From: an uncultured Chloroflexia bacterium
GTDB lineage: Bacteria; Chloroflexota; Anaerolineae; Anaerolineales; UBA11858
NCBI GenBank assembly: GCA_963751575.1
Contig: CAVVUX010000003.1
Coordinates: 401,358 to 465,357, forward strand
Length of the DNA: 64,000 nucleotides
Reading direction: 5' to 3'
The position numbers were made by a program, and so were the translations under genes. Positions 1-8,662 of this stretch are shown here, piece after piece (position 1 is the first letter of the stretch; each line of letters begins with the position of its first letter). The notes beneath the pieces were generated by a model. It saw only the letters and a list, made by a program, of their open reading frames with translations, was not told the DNA's origin and did not search any database.

Positions 1-159
1 CAAAGTGGAGAGCCAGAAAAGGTTCATCTTCACCACGAAAATCCGGAGAGCCAGGGGGATTACACTTTCAGCGGGACCGAGGTTCTTTCCCTGGTTGATA
101 ACAGCCCAGGAGATGACAGCCAATATCTAATTAAGAGTCGAATACTAAGTGATCCTTAA
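1..159 (+). CDS. 3' end of an unidentified ORF entering from upstream (partial)
   Basis: Frame 1 is open from base 1 to TAA at 157-159 (...DYTFSGTEVLSLVDNSPGDDSQYLIKSRILSDP*). Frame 2 is also open, to TAA at 128-130, so the frame is uncertain. No family recognised. Confidence 0.25.
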   Translation, partial: QSGEPEKVHLHHENPESQGDYTFSGTEVLSLVDNSPGDDSQYLIKSRILSDP

Positions 160-290
160 AACTGTATTTATCATAATCCAATTTTTTCAAATATACCAAT
201 TTTGTCCTCGTTGAACACTTATAACTTCCACATTGACATACTGCCCACTTTATTGTAGTATTAACTTCATAGTAGTGCAAAGTACTGAAT

Positions 291-325
291 AGGGGATCCG
301 GTCCCTTAAAGGGACCGGATCCCCT
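291..325. repeat. Palindromic REP-like element, form A (aggGGATCCGGTCCC-ttaaa-GGGACCGGATCCcct)
   Basis: Perfect 15-nt arms around TTAAA, read directly. Same core as the copies at 1651, 3194 and 55325. Confidence 0.9.
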
Positions 326-343
326 CCTCAAAGGAGGAGCGCA

Positions 344-715
344 TTGACCGAACTACAGGAAACTCACAAAAAATTCCGCAAGGAGCTCAGCGCCGGCACG
401 GTGTCCCTGGCCCTGCTGAGCATCCTGGCCCAGGCCGAAGAGCCGCTCTACGGCTACCAGATCGGCAAACTCGTCGGAGCGGGAGACGATGATCCAGAAA
501 GCGTGGTCCCCAAACAGGGGGCCATCTACCCGGTGCTGCGCTCGCTGGAAAGCCAGGGACTGCTCTCCAGTGAACGGGAAATGTCTGATTCCGGGCCGCC
601 CCGCAAATACTACACAGCCACGGAATCCGGGCGCGAAGCCCTGGCAGCCTGGCAGCAGATCTGGCAGGAAACGAAATCATTTCTAGACAAGGTACTGGGA
701 GGTGATTACCAGTGA
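344..715 (+). CDS. PadR-family transcriptional regulator
   Basis: 123-aa ORF with the winged-HTH PadR signature (LYGYQIGKL..., GAIYPVLRSLESQGLL, RKYYTATESGREAL). SD AGGAGG at 332-337, TTG start. Confidence 0.9.
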   Translation: MTELQETHKKFRKELSAGTVSLALLSILAQAEEPLYGYQIGKLVGAGDDDPESVVPKQGAIYPVLRSLESQGLLSSEREMSDSGPPRKYYTATESGREALAAWQQIWQETKSFLDKVLGGDYQ

Positions 716-1638
716 GAACAGCAGATGAATTAATCCAGAACTACTTATCCGAATTGAAGTCAGCCCTCAAAGGCTCAGATAAAGCCACCATCCAGGACGC
801 CCTGGCAGATGCCGAGGAGCACCTGCGGACGGCGCTGGAAACAGAACGGGCGGAGCAGGCCGAGCTCGACGAAAGCGCCGCTGTCAGCCAGATCATCGCC
901 GACTACGGCGAGCCGGCTGAGATCGCCGAGGCTTACCGGAGCTGGGAAGCCGCCCTGCCCCCTGCCCTGGCCGCCACACCCGCCGCCCGCCGGGCCCCAA
1001 CAGCCAGCTCCTCTGGCAGAAGCTTTCCCGGATTCTTTGGCATTTACGCTGATCCCCGGTCCTGGGGCGGACTGGTCTACATGCTGGTCTCGCTCGTGAC
1101 CGGCACGATCTACTTTTCCTGGGCTGTGACCGGGCTATCCACATCGCTGGGCGTGATGATTCTGATCATCGGGATTCCGATCACGATCCTGTTCCTGCTC
1201 AGCTTCAGGGGCATCGCGTTCCTGGAAGGGCGGCTGGTGGAAGCGCTCTTGGGGGAACGCATGCCGCGAAGGGCCTCGTTCACTGACAGCTCGCTGACCT
1301 GGAAGGAGCGCCTGAAGATCCTGCTGACCGGCAAGGCCACCTGGCTGTCGTGGATCTACCTGATCCTGATGCTGCCGATCGGGATTATTTATTTCACGAC
1401 TGTGGTGACCCTGGTTTCTGTAGCGCTGGCGCTGGTCGCCTCCCCGATCCTGGCCTATGTCTTTAATATCCCGATTGGGACCTGGACGAATGGAGTCGAG
1501 GTCTGGTCCCTTCCGGAGTACTACACTCCCCTGCTGGCTTTCGGCGGCGTGCTGCTGGGAACAGCCACAATGCATCTCGCCCGCTGGGTAGGTATGGTCC
1601 ACGGCAAGTTCGCCAAGGCTCTGCTGGTGAGCGACTGA
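712..1638 (+). CDS. Membrane protein: DUF1700-like helical N-terminus plus multi-TM putative sensor domain (PadR partner)
   Basis: GTGA overlap with the padR stop. N-terminus ...YLSELKSAL...DALADAEEHL...DYGEPAEIAEAY matches the DUF1700 pattern. The C-terminal half has about 4 hydrophobic helices. Confidence 0.75.
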   Translation: MRTADELIQNYLSELKSALKGSDKATIQDALADAEEHLRTALETERAEQAELDESAAVSQIIADYGEPAEIAEAYRSWEAALPPALAATPAARRAPTASSSGRSFPGFFGIYADPRSWGGLVYMLVSLVTGTIYFSWAVTGLSTSLGVMILIIGIPITILFLLSFRGIAFLEGRLVEALLGERMPRRASFTDSSLTWKERLKILLTGKATWLSWIYLILMLPIGIIYFTTVVTLVSVALALVASPILAYVFNIPIGTWTNGVEVWSLPEYYTPLLAFGGVLLGTATMHLARWVGMVHGKFAKALLVSD

Positions 1639-1650
1639 GATAAAACTAAA

Positions 1651-1689
1651 AGTAGGGATCCGGTCCCTTAAAGGGACCGGATCCCTACT
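1651..1689. repeat. Palindromic REP-like element, form A (17-nt arms)
   Basis: agtaGGGATCCGGTCCC-ttaaa-GGGACCGGATCCCtact, 12 nt after the stop at 1638. Probable terminator hairpin. Confidence 0.9.
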
Positions 1690-1748
1690 CTTAACTCTGG
1701 TGGTATAAATAACCATGGACAGCAACTCCCCAGCCAAGGAGACGATCC

Positions 1749-3188
1749 ATGAAAATCCTGCCCGATGTCGCTCTGACCTATGATGATGTCCTGCTGGTGC
1801 CCCAATATTCCGATGTCTCCTCCCGACGCACTCTCTCTACCACAACCTCATTCACAACCGGCATCGATCTCCAGATCCCGATCATCTCAGCCAATATGGA
1901 TACCGTCACCGAAAATGAAATGGGCATTGCCCTTGCCCATGCCGGCGGGATCGGTATCATCCACCGTTTCTTATCCGTCGAAGACCAAATCTGCCAGGTC
2001 CAGAAGGTAAAAAAATCCGAGTCTTTCATCGTCGAAAATCCCATCTCGCTCAAAGCCACCGACACCGTGGGTGATGTCAACCGCATTGTGGCTGAGACCT
2101 ATACCGGCGGGATCATGATCGTGGATGACCAGGGTAGGGTGGCAGGCATCGTCACTACCCGGGACCTGCTCTTCGAATACGATCCTGCCCGGCCGCTCTC
2201 GGAGATCATGACCACCCCGGTTATCACCGCTCCCGCAAAAACCACGCTCAAGGAAGCGGAAAAGATCCTCCATCAAGGCCGGATCGAGAAATTACCCCTG
2301 GTGAACGAGGACGGCAAACTTACCGGCTTGATCACTGTTAAAGATATCCTGAAGCTGGAAAAATTTCCCCTGTCAACCAAAGATTCCCGCGGCCGCCTGG
2401 CGGTCGGTGCTGCAGTAGGAGTGAAAAAAACTGAACTCAAGCGGGTCGAGCGCCTGCTGGATGCTGGCGCGGACTGCATCGTGGTCGATATCGCTCACGG
2501 AGACTCCAAACTGGAGATCGACAAGATCAATACCATCCGGAAGCATTTCCCACAGGCTCAGATCGTGGGCGGCAATGTAGCCACTGCGGAAGGCACCCAG
2601 CGCCTGATAGACGCCGGTGTGAACGCGGTCAAGGTCGGTGTGGGTCCCGGGTCGATCTGCATCACTCGCCTCGTCGCCGGTGCAGGTGTTCCCCAGCTCA
2701 GCGCTGTGATGGACTGCGCAGCAGTGGCCCGCCCCCAGCAGATCCCCATTATAGCCGACGGCGGCATCCGGACCTCGGGGGATATCGTCAAAGCCCTGGC
2801 CGCCGGGGCCTCCACCGTGATGGTCGGAAGCCTGCTGGCCGGCACGGATGAAAGCCCCGGTTTTTTGATCACCCGCCAAGGCCACCGCTATAAAGCCTCC
2901 CGCGGTATGGCATCCCTGTCAGCCAACCTGGACCGCAAACTGCGCCAGGGCGATGAAGAGATCACCCGCGAGGAGATCGAGGATTATGTCTCAGAAGGAG
3001 TGGAAGCCGTGGTGCCTTATCAGGGCTCTGCCCGGGAGCTGCTCAAGCAGATGGTCGGCGGGCTGCAGTCCGGTATGAGCTACACCAACGCCCACACCAT
3101 TGACGAGCTGTACGACAAAGCTGTTTTCGTGCGCATCACGCCGGTCGGCCTCCAGGAATCCCGGCCACATGATGTGAAGCTGATCTAG
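1749..3188 (+). CDS. guaB: IMP dehydrogenase (with CBS pair)
   Basis: 479 aa. N-terminus [24 protein letters not shown] insert, catalytic loop [27 protein letters not shown] upstream. Confidence 0.92.
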   Translation: MKILPDVALTYDDVLLVPQYSDVSSRRTLSTTTSFTTGIDLQIPIISANMDTVTENEMGIALAHAGGIGIIHRFLSVEDQICQVQKVKKSESFIVENPISLKATDTVGDVNRIVAETYTGGIMIVDDQGRVAGIVTTRDLLFEYDPARPLSEIMTTPVITAPAKTTLKEAEKILHQGRIEKLPLVNEDGKLTGLITVKDILKLEKFPLSTKDSRGRLAVGAAVGVKKTELKRVERLLDAGADCIVVDIAHGDSKLEIDKINTIRKHFPQAQIVGGNVATAEGTQRLIDAGVNAVKVGVGPGSICITRLVAGAGVPQLSAVMDCAAVARPQQIPIIADGGIRTSGDIVKALAAGASTVMVGSLLAGTDESPGFLITRQGHRYKASRGMASLSANLDRKLRQGDEEITREEIEDYVSEGVEAVVPYQGSARELLKQMVGGLQSGMSYTNAHTIDELYDKAVFVRITPVGLQESRPHDVKLI

Positions 3189-3193
3189 ATTAG

Positions 3194-3232
3194 AATAGGG
3201 ATCCGGTCCCTTTAAGGGACCGGATCCCTATT
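3194..3232. repeat. Palindromic REP-like element, form A (17-nt arms)
   Basis: aataGGGATCCGGTCCC-tttaa-GGGACCGGATCCCtatt, lying between the convergent stops at 3188 (+) and 3239 (-). Confidence 0.9.
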
Positions 3233-3238
3233 GTTAAC

Positions 3239-4120
3239 TCAGCGACTCCCGGGATGCAGGGCGATCAGGCTGCCGCCCGCCAAGTCGATCCCGATCACAT
3301 CCGGATTATCTGTCAGCAGGGCGTAGCCCTCAAAGCTGCCTCCCGGGTCTGTAAATGGAACCAGGAAAACATGGGTCGCGACATCGATCTCATACTCCCC
3401 GATCTCCCAACCTGCCCCCATCAGCGCTGTCGAGATCTGGACCAGAGCCATTTCCGGGATCTGCGGGTAAGCAAAGGCCAGCTGATAGCCCTCCTCCCGC
3501 AGCTTATCAGACAGCGGGATCGGTGAAGCCTCGAGCGGGACCGGGAAATCTGCCGGGAAATCCCCTCCCACTTCCCCCAGTTCTGAGCTCTCACCAATAC
3601 CCTCAGCTATCTCCGGCAGTTCAGCCGCCTCTCCCAGGGGATCGATGGCCAGGTCCAAGACCACGCCCATGTCACTGGTGATGAAATCCAGTTTGGCTTC
3701 ATATTCCAGGTTGGTGATTTTCAGCTCGGTCCCCAGCGATGTGGTCTCCTCCGATTCGACCGTCCAGCCCTTGACCAGGAGCTCCTGGCGGTAATAGGCC
3801 AGGACTTGATCCAGATCCATCGAGAAAGCCAGGAAGACCCGGAAATGGTTCTCCTCCTGCCCGTCTACGGCAGAGCCGACCCGGGCTTCCGGATGGACAG
3901 GGAACGCCTCCGGGAAATCTTCTGGCAGTTCCCCCTCCTCAAATTCTGTCCCGGAAGTATTGCTTTGTGGTGGAGCTTCGGATGCAGCGCTCTCCCCTGG
4001 CGATCCGCGTGACCGGGAAAAATCATCTGCGGGCGGTTGGGCTTGTCCTCCGCATGAGGTCAGCAGAACTGCTGCAGCCAGGAGAGAGAGTAAGAATAGG
4101 ATTTTACGATCTTTTTTCAT
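3239..4120 (-). CDS. Hypothetical lipoprotein
   Basis: 293-aa ORF with a signal peptide and lipobox (LLTSC GG) and an acidic mature part. No family recognised. Confidence 0.65.
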   Translation of the reverse strand: MKKDRKILFLLSLLAAAVLLTSCGGQAQPPADDFSRSRGSPGESAASEAPPQSNTSGTEFEEGELPEDFPEAFPVHPEARVGSAVDGQEENHFRVFLAFSMDLDQVLAYYRQELLVKGWTVESEETTSLGTELKITNLEYEAKLDFITSDMGVVLDLAIDPLGEAAELPEIAEGIGESSELGEVGGDFPADFPVPLEASPIPLSDKLREEGYQLAFAYPQIPEMALVQISTALMGAGWEIGEYEIDVATHVFLVPFTDPGGSFEGYALLTDNPDVIGIDLAGGSLIALHPGSR

Positions 4121-4344
4121 GATCAGATTCCTGTTAGTGTGCCTAATAATCCATTATTTTGTTACTTGGCTGGCAGGACCTGTCTTACCCTATTCTATAT
4201 GATAAAGGCGACCTTTTCAATCGTATACCAGGCCATACCCCTCAGGGCAACGGGGTGTTAATAGTACAGAGCAAACTTTGTTAGTGGAACTGGTTCAATT
4301 TCTTGTTATACTGAATTCACTATCCATGTTTCTGAGGAGGAACT

Positions 4345-5046
4345 ATGAAGCGTGTCCTGCCCCTCTTTATCGTCCTGGGCCTGATCCTGGCTGGCTGCGG
4401 TGGTGAGCCAGAAATCGAGATCACCCCGGAAATGATCCTGGCTGAGGCTGTAGCCCATATGGCTGGCCTGGCCGGGTTCGAATTCAAAATCTCCCAGACC
4501 GGCCCTCCTGTTTTTCTCGACCCTGACGGATCGATCCAGTTCACTGAGGCTGCCGGTCATTACGTCTCACCGGATAAAGCCCTGACCACTGTCAAGATTG
4601 CTGCCCTGGGCATGGTGACCGAGATCACTGTCATCAGCCTGCAGGATATCCAATGGGGAAGCAATCCCCTCACCGGCGCATTTATGGAGCTCGACCCCGC
4701 CTACCTCTTCAAACCGACCCAATACCTGGATCCCACAGCAGGGTTTTTCCCCAGCCTGGGAACCGGAACCTTTGAGGTTGCCCTGGTTGGCGAAGAGGAG
4801 CTGGCAGAAATGCCCGGGATTCCCCTGACCCATCTCAGCGGCACTGTGCCCGGCGTGGTGATCTCCGAAGTCAGCAAGGGTTTGATCAATGTTGAATCCC
4901 TGGCCGCAGACATGTGGCTCGATCCTGCTTCCAACGAAGTCCACCGGGTGGTGCTGACCGATAAAGCTGGCACCGGCGCAGAAAATTCCACCTGGCAGTT
5001 TGATTTCTGGAACTTCGGCGCCACGATCGAGATCACAGCTCCCTGA
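4345..5046 (+). CDS. Lipoprotein, LppX/LprAFG-like (tentative)
   Basis: 233 aa with lipobox LILAGC GG and SD GAGGAGG. Size and position 8 nt upstream of a 14-TM MFS pump resemble the LprG-P55 arrangement. Family assignment is from memory of the pattern only. Confidence 0.6.
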   Translation: MKRVLPLFIVLGLILAGCGGEPEIEITPEMILAEAVAHMAGLAGFEFKISQTGPPVFLDPDGSIQFTEAAGHYVSPDKALTTVKIAALGMVTEITVISLQDIQWGSNPLTGAFMELDPAYLFKPTQYLDPTAGFFPSLGTGTFEVALVGEEELAEMPGIPLTHLSGTVPGVVISEVSKGLINVESLAADMWLDPASNEVHRVVLTDKAGTGAENSTWQFDFWNFGATIEITAP

Positions 5047-5054
5047 GGCTGATT

Positions 5055-6605
5055 ATGAAAAAATGGACTTCGTCCCCGGGATTTAAAGTTGCCCTGATCG
5101 CGATCCCGATCTTCATCGGTGCCCTGGATCTGACCGTGGTCTCGGCCGTTTTACCCCATGTGCTGATCGACCTGAAAATCCCCTTCCAGACCGGGATGGA
5201 TAACGCCGCCTGGATCGTCACCGGCTACCTGCTGGCTTACAGCGTCTCGATGACCTTCATGGGGCGGCTGTCTGATATCCATGGTCGGCGCCGGGTCTAC
5301 CTGGCAGCCCTGGTGATCTTTGCCCTCGGATCCTACCTGGCAGCGGTGGCTCACACCTGGCCCACTCGTTTGGTCCTGCGAGCCTACTATCTAATAGCCA
5401 GCGGCAGGCCTGATCTCTCATTCCTCTCCCTCAACGTCTTAATTGGAGCCCGCATGATCCAGGCCTTTGGAGCCGGTACCATGGTCCCGGTAGGCATGGC
5501 TATGGTGGGTGATCTGTATCCGATCGGCAAACGGGCTAAAGCTCTGGGCGTGATCGCCGCTGTTGATACAGCCGGCTGGGTGGTAGGACACCTCTACGGA
5601 GGCATCATTGTCCGCTTCTGGAGCTGGCAGACTATTTTCTGGCTCAATCTGCCGATCTGTTTGATCGCCTGGTTCCTGATCCGGTTCTTATTGGAAGAAG
5701 GGGCTCCTGCCGGGGACCGGGGCAAGATGGACTGGATCGGTGCGATCTTGATCGCGGTCAGCCTATCCATACTGAATATTGCCCTTGGATCTGGATCTGA
5801 AAACACCGCAGCTGGCCTGGAAGATCTGGCCGGTCTGCCGCCTTTCGTCTGGCCGCTGGTGGGCCTGGCCCTGGTGTTCCTGATCCTGTTCATCTTATGG
5901 CAGAAACGGGTCAAGGACCCATTAATTGAGCTATCGCTTTTCAAGGAAAGGAACTACACCCCTGCCAGCCTGACCAACTTCTTGATCGGCGTGGCCCTGT
6001 TCATTGCTATCGCCAATGTGCCGCTTTTCATCAACTCGCTGATTGCCACCAACCCGGAGCAGGGCGCCTGGGAAAGCGGCTGGATGCTTTCCGGCCTGAC
6101 TGTTCCCATGGCCCTGGCAGCAGTCCCCGGGGGCTGGTTCTCGGATAAACGAGGCTACCGCCTGCCTTCCCTGATCGGGCTGGTGATGGCGGTTATTGGA
6201 TTTTTCCTGATGACCGGCTGGCAAAGGGACGTTTCTTACCTGACGATGGGAATCCACCTGGCTTTTACAGGGATTGGTCTGGGTCTAACGATGGCCCCCA
6301 TTGCTGCAGCCGTGATCAACGCCTCACCCGCGGAGCACCGCGGCACCAGCTCCGCTTTAGTGATCATCTTCCGCTTGGTGGGTATGACCATTGGTGTCTC
6401 TGGCATCACCACCTTTGGCTTAAGGCGCTCCCAATTCTGGAGCACAAAATTGATGCCGCCCAATGCCAGTTTGGCTGAGATCGGCAAAGTGGGAGTTGAA
6501 ATGGCCGAAAAGGTGATCTCGGAAACCTTCTGGGTTGCCCTGGCTGTCGCTGCACTGGCCCTGATCCCTGCTTTCTTCCTGCGTGGGGGAGTTGAGAAAA
6601 ACTAA
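5055..6605 (+). CDS. MFS transporter, DHA2-like (about 14 TM)
   Basis: 516 aa with multiple hydrophobic helices. MFS motif GRLSDIHGRRRVY between TM2 and TM3. Confidence 0.88.
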   Translation: MKKWTSSPGFKVALIAIPIFIGALDLTVVSAVLPHVLIDLKIPFQTGMDNAAWIVTGYLLAYSVSMTFMGRLSDIHGRRRVYLAALVIFALGSYLAAVAHTWPTRLVLRAYYLIASGRPDLSFLSLNVLIGARMIQAFGAGTMVPVGMAMVGDLYPIGKRAKALGVIAAVDTAGWVVGHLYGGIIVRFWSWQTIFWLNLPICLIAWFLIRFLLEEGAPAGDRGKMDWIGAILIAVSLSILNIALGSGSENTAAGLEDLAGLPPFVWPLVGLALVFLILFILWQKRVKDPLIELSLFKERNYTPASLTNFLIGVALFIAIANVPLFINSLIATNPEQGAWESGWMLSGLTVPMALAAVPGGWFSDKRGYRLPSLIGLVMAVIGFFLMTGWQRDVSYLTMGIHLAFTGIGLGLTMAPIAAAVINASPAEHRGTSSALVIIFRLVGMTIGVSGITTFGLRRSQFWSTKLMPPNASLAEIGKVGVEMAEKVISETFWVALAVAALALIPAFFLRGGVEKN

Positions 6606-6640
6606 ATTTTCCTGACAGGTGAAATTTTTTTGTTTTTATG

Positions 6641-6673
6641 AGGGACCGGATCCCTTTAAGGGATCCGGTCCCT
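6641..6673. repeat. Palindromic REP-like element, form B (module order swapped)
   Basis: aGGGACCGGATCCC-tttaa-GGGATCCGGTCCCt, 35 nt after the MFS stop and followed by ATTTTATT. Confidence 0.9.
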
Positions 6674-6684
6674 ATTTTATTAAT

Positions 6685-6713
6685 TTGACACAGCCATGCA
6701 TATTCTCTATACT
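6685..6713 (+). promoter_or_regulatory. Sigma-70-type promoter (TTGACA-17-TATACT)
   Basis: TTGACA at 6685-6690, 17-nt spacer, TATACT at 6708-6713. About 200 nt upstream of the ATG at 6922. Confidence 0.5.
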
Positions 6714-6921
6714 GGAAAACAGGAGACAGAGCGCACCCTCACAATCAGTACCAGCTCCTGCAAATCCCCATGGGGGCAAGATGGCATCCCTCAGGCTGAT
6801 GACGAATACGACGATATCAAGCCTAATTCCCCATCTTCCCAAATGGATCCAGTAGAGCTCGCTGTTTTAAGGGTATAGTTATAGATAGGAACCAACGGCT
6901 ACAATTCTGGGGAGGAAAGCC

Positions 6922-7968
6922 ATGTTAATCGATATTCATTTGGCGGAAACAGCGATCAAAGCCGGGGATACAAAAACCGGGTTTGAGATCTTAAGGGAAA
7001 TCCTGGCAACTGACCCAGACAGTGAGCGGGCCTGGTGGGTAATGTCCGGACTCGTGCAGCGCGAACAGCGCGCCATCTGCCTCGAACAGGTGCTGCGCAT
7101 CAATCCCAAGAACACGTTCGCCCTTGATGCCCTCGAAAATTTAATGTTTGCCCCCCAAGAGCCGGAAACCAAACCGCTCAGGGAAATTCCCCTGCCTGCC
7201 CGGGAAGAAATCCCACCAGTTCAGGAACCAGCCCCAATCGAAGAAGTACCGGCACCTGAACCACCACCGCTGGAAGCAACTCCAGCGCCAGAATCTACTG
7301 CAGCGGAACCTGATCCTGCCCCAGATCCAGAGCCAGAAGAGGAAAGCGTCCTGCAAACCTGGCTGGACGCCCGGGGATCAAAATTCTTTTTAACCATCCT
7401 GGGTCCGAAACATATCACCCGGGCCCTGACCGATTCCACCCTGTTCTCCAAGGTGCGGGCAGAGTTAAAAAAGGGTCAGATCCCGGATAAACTCCTGGCT
7501 GAAATGCAAACCTTACCTCTGACCAGTGTCACATCTGTCAAGCAGCTCAAGTCCGGTTTGCTTGTTTTTTACCAGGACGGCGTCAGCGAACGCTCGATGC
7601 GCTTACACCTGGCAGATCAGCAAGCAGTTCAAAAGATGCTCAGAACCCTGAAAGAGCGCCTCAGTCCGAATTTTATCCTCAAAACCAGGCCAACCAAAAC
7701 AGGTTTGACCCTTGGGATCTCTACGGTCATCACCGTGGGAGCGGCAGTCCTGACAGCTTATTCATTCTGGTTGACCCAAGAAGTGGTCTCAGGAAGAGCA
7801 GCCTCAACCGGAAGCGTGAAATCCGAGTTCCTGATCAACTTGGTCTGGAGCCTGGGAGCTGGAGGGGTGATCCTGATCGGGGCTTTTACCCTGCTGGTAG
7901 CCCTGGCTATCAGCGCCTGGTTGATGTTAAAACCGCCCACTATTACCACTTTAGAGCGCAGACCATAA
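6922..7968 (+). CDS. Hypothetical membrane protein (TPR-like N-terminus, Pro/Glu-rich linker, 2 C-terminal TM helices)
   Basis: 348-aa ORF with SD GGGGAGGAAAG. Composition and TM segments read from the translation. No enzyme motif. Confidence 0.65.
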   Translation: MLIDIHLAETAIKAGDTKTGFEILREILATDPDSERAWWVMSGLVQREQRAICLEQVLRINPKNTFALDALENLMFAPQEPETKPLREIPLPAREEIPPVQEPAPIEEVPAPEPPPLEATPAPESTAAEPDPAPDPEPEEESVLQTWLDARGSKFFLTILGPKHITRALTDSTLFSKVRAELKKGQIPDKLLAEMQTLPLTSVTSVKQLKSGLLVFYQDGVSERSMRLHLADQQAVQKMLRTLKERLSPNFILKTRPTKTGLTLGISTVITVGAAVLTAYSFWLTQEVVSGRAASTGSVKSEFLINLVWSLGAGGVILIGAFTLLVALAISAWLMLKPPTITTLERRP

Positions 7969-8032
7969 TCAACTCGCTGCTGCCATACTTCAAAATGAAC
8001 TTTCCTGATCTACCTACCGCCAGAACCGGCTC

Positions 8033-8662
8033 ATGCTGAGTTATATCCTGGTCGGTGCGGGCTATGCCCTCAGCGCTGGATTACAGCCCGGTCCGCTGCA
8101 GGCATTCTTCCTGGCCAAAGTAACCCAGGATGGCTGGAAACGGACCCTGCCGGCAGCTCTCGCTCCCCTGCTCAGCGACGGCCCAATCGCCTTGATCGCA
8201 ATCCTGTTTTTGAATATCCTGCCAGCAAGTTTTCGGGATTATTTACAGCTGGCCGGCGGGCTGACCCTGCTCGTTTTCGCCTGGTTTGCTTTCCGGAACA
8301 GCAGGACAGTTCAGGGAGAAGATCGTCAATCCGGACGATCTACATCCACCCCCAAAACCATTTTCCAGGCTGGCTTGATCAACCTGCTGAATCCCAATCC
8401 CTACCTCGGCTGGAGTTTGGTGATGGGCCCGGCTGTCCTTGCTGCCTGGACAGAGAGCCCTGCCCTGGCTTTGGCCCTGCTGCTGGCTTTTTATCTAACC
8501 ATGATCAGCACATCGATGGTTATGATCTATTTGATGGGGAAGGCTGTATTATTGGGACCAAACGCCCGGCAAACTCTCAGCCTGGTTTCTGCTTTGATCC
8601 TGGTTGGATTGGGTGTGTACTTTATCTATCAATCCGGGTCTAATTTGCTAGGACTGCTTTAA
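8033..8662 (+). CDS. LysE/RhtB-family amino-acid exporter
   Basis: 209 aa, about 6 TM. N-terminus ...GLQPGPLQAFFL typical of the LysE family. Confidence 0.75.
   Translation: MLSYILVGAGYALSAGLQPGPLQAFFLAKVTQDGWKRTLPAALAPLLSDGPIALIAILFLNILPASFRDYLQLAGGLTLLVFAWFAFRNSRTVQGEDRQSGRSTSTPKTIFQAGLINLLNPNPYLGWSLVMGPAVLAAWTESPALALALLLAFYLTMISTSMVMIYLMGKAVLLGPNARQTLSLVSALILVGLGVYFIYQSGSNLLGLL

Noticed and set aside
131-331. 66-aa Cys-containing ORF on the minus strand in AT-rich DNA
   Set aside because: Its first 14 codons run through the palindromic repeat at 291-325. There is no SD for the ATG or for the internal TTG at 280, it overlaps the open + frame ending at 159, and no family is recognised. It is left unannotated.
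1135-1737. Long antisense ORFs in GC-rich genes (for example 1135-1737, 387-680, 2373-2885, 27482-28144 and 34700-35218, all on the strand opposite a supported gene)
   Set aside because: They overlap strongly supported genes, have Arg/Pro/Gly-rich nonsense composition and lack SD sequences. They are typical shadow ORFs.
6619-6878. Two overlapping small ORFs (78 and 60 aa) between the MFS gene and 6922
   Set aside because: The first begins inside the repeat hairpin and spans the promoter, and the second begins within the promoter spacer. Neither has an SD or a recognisable family.
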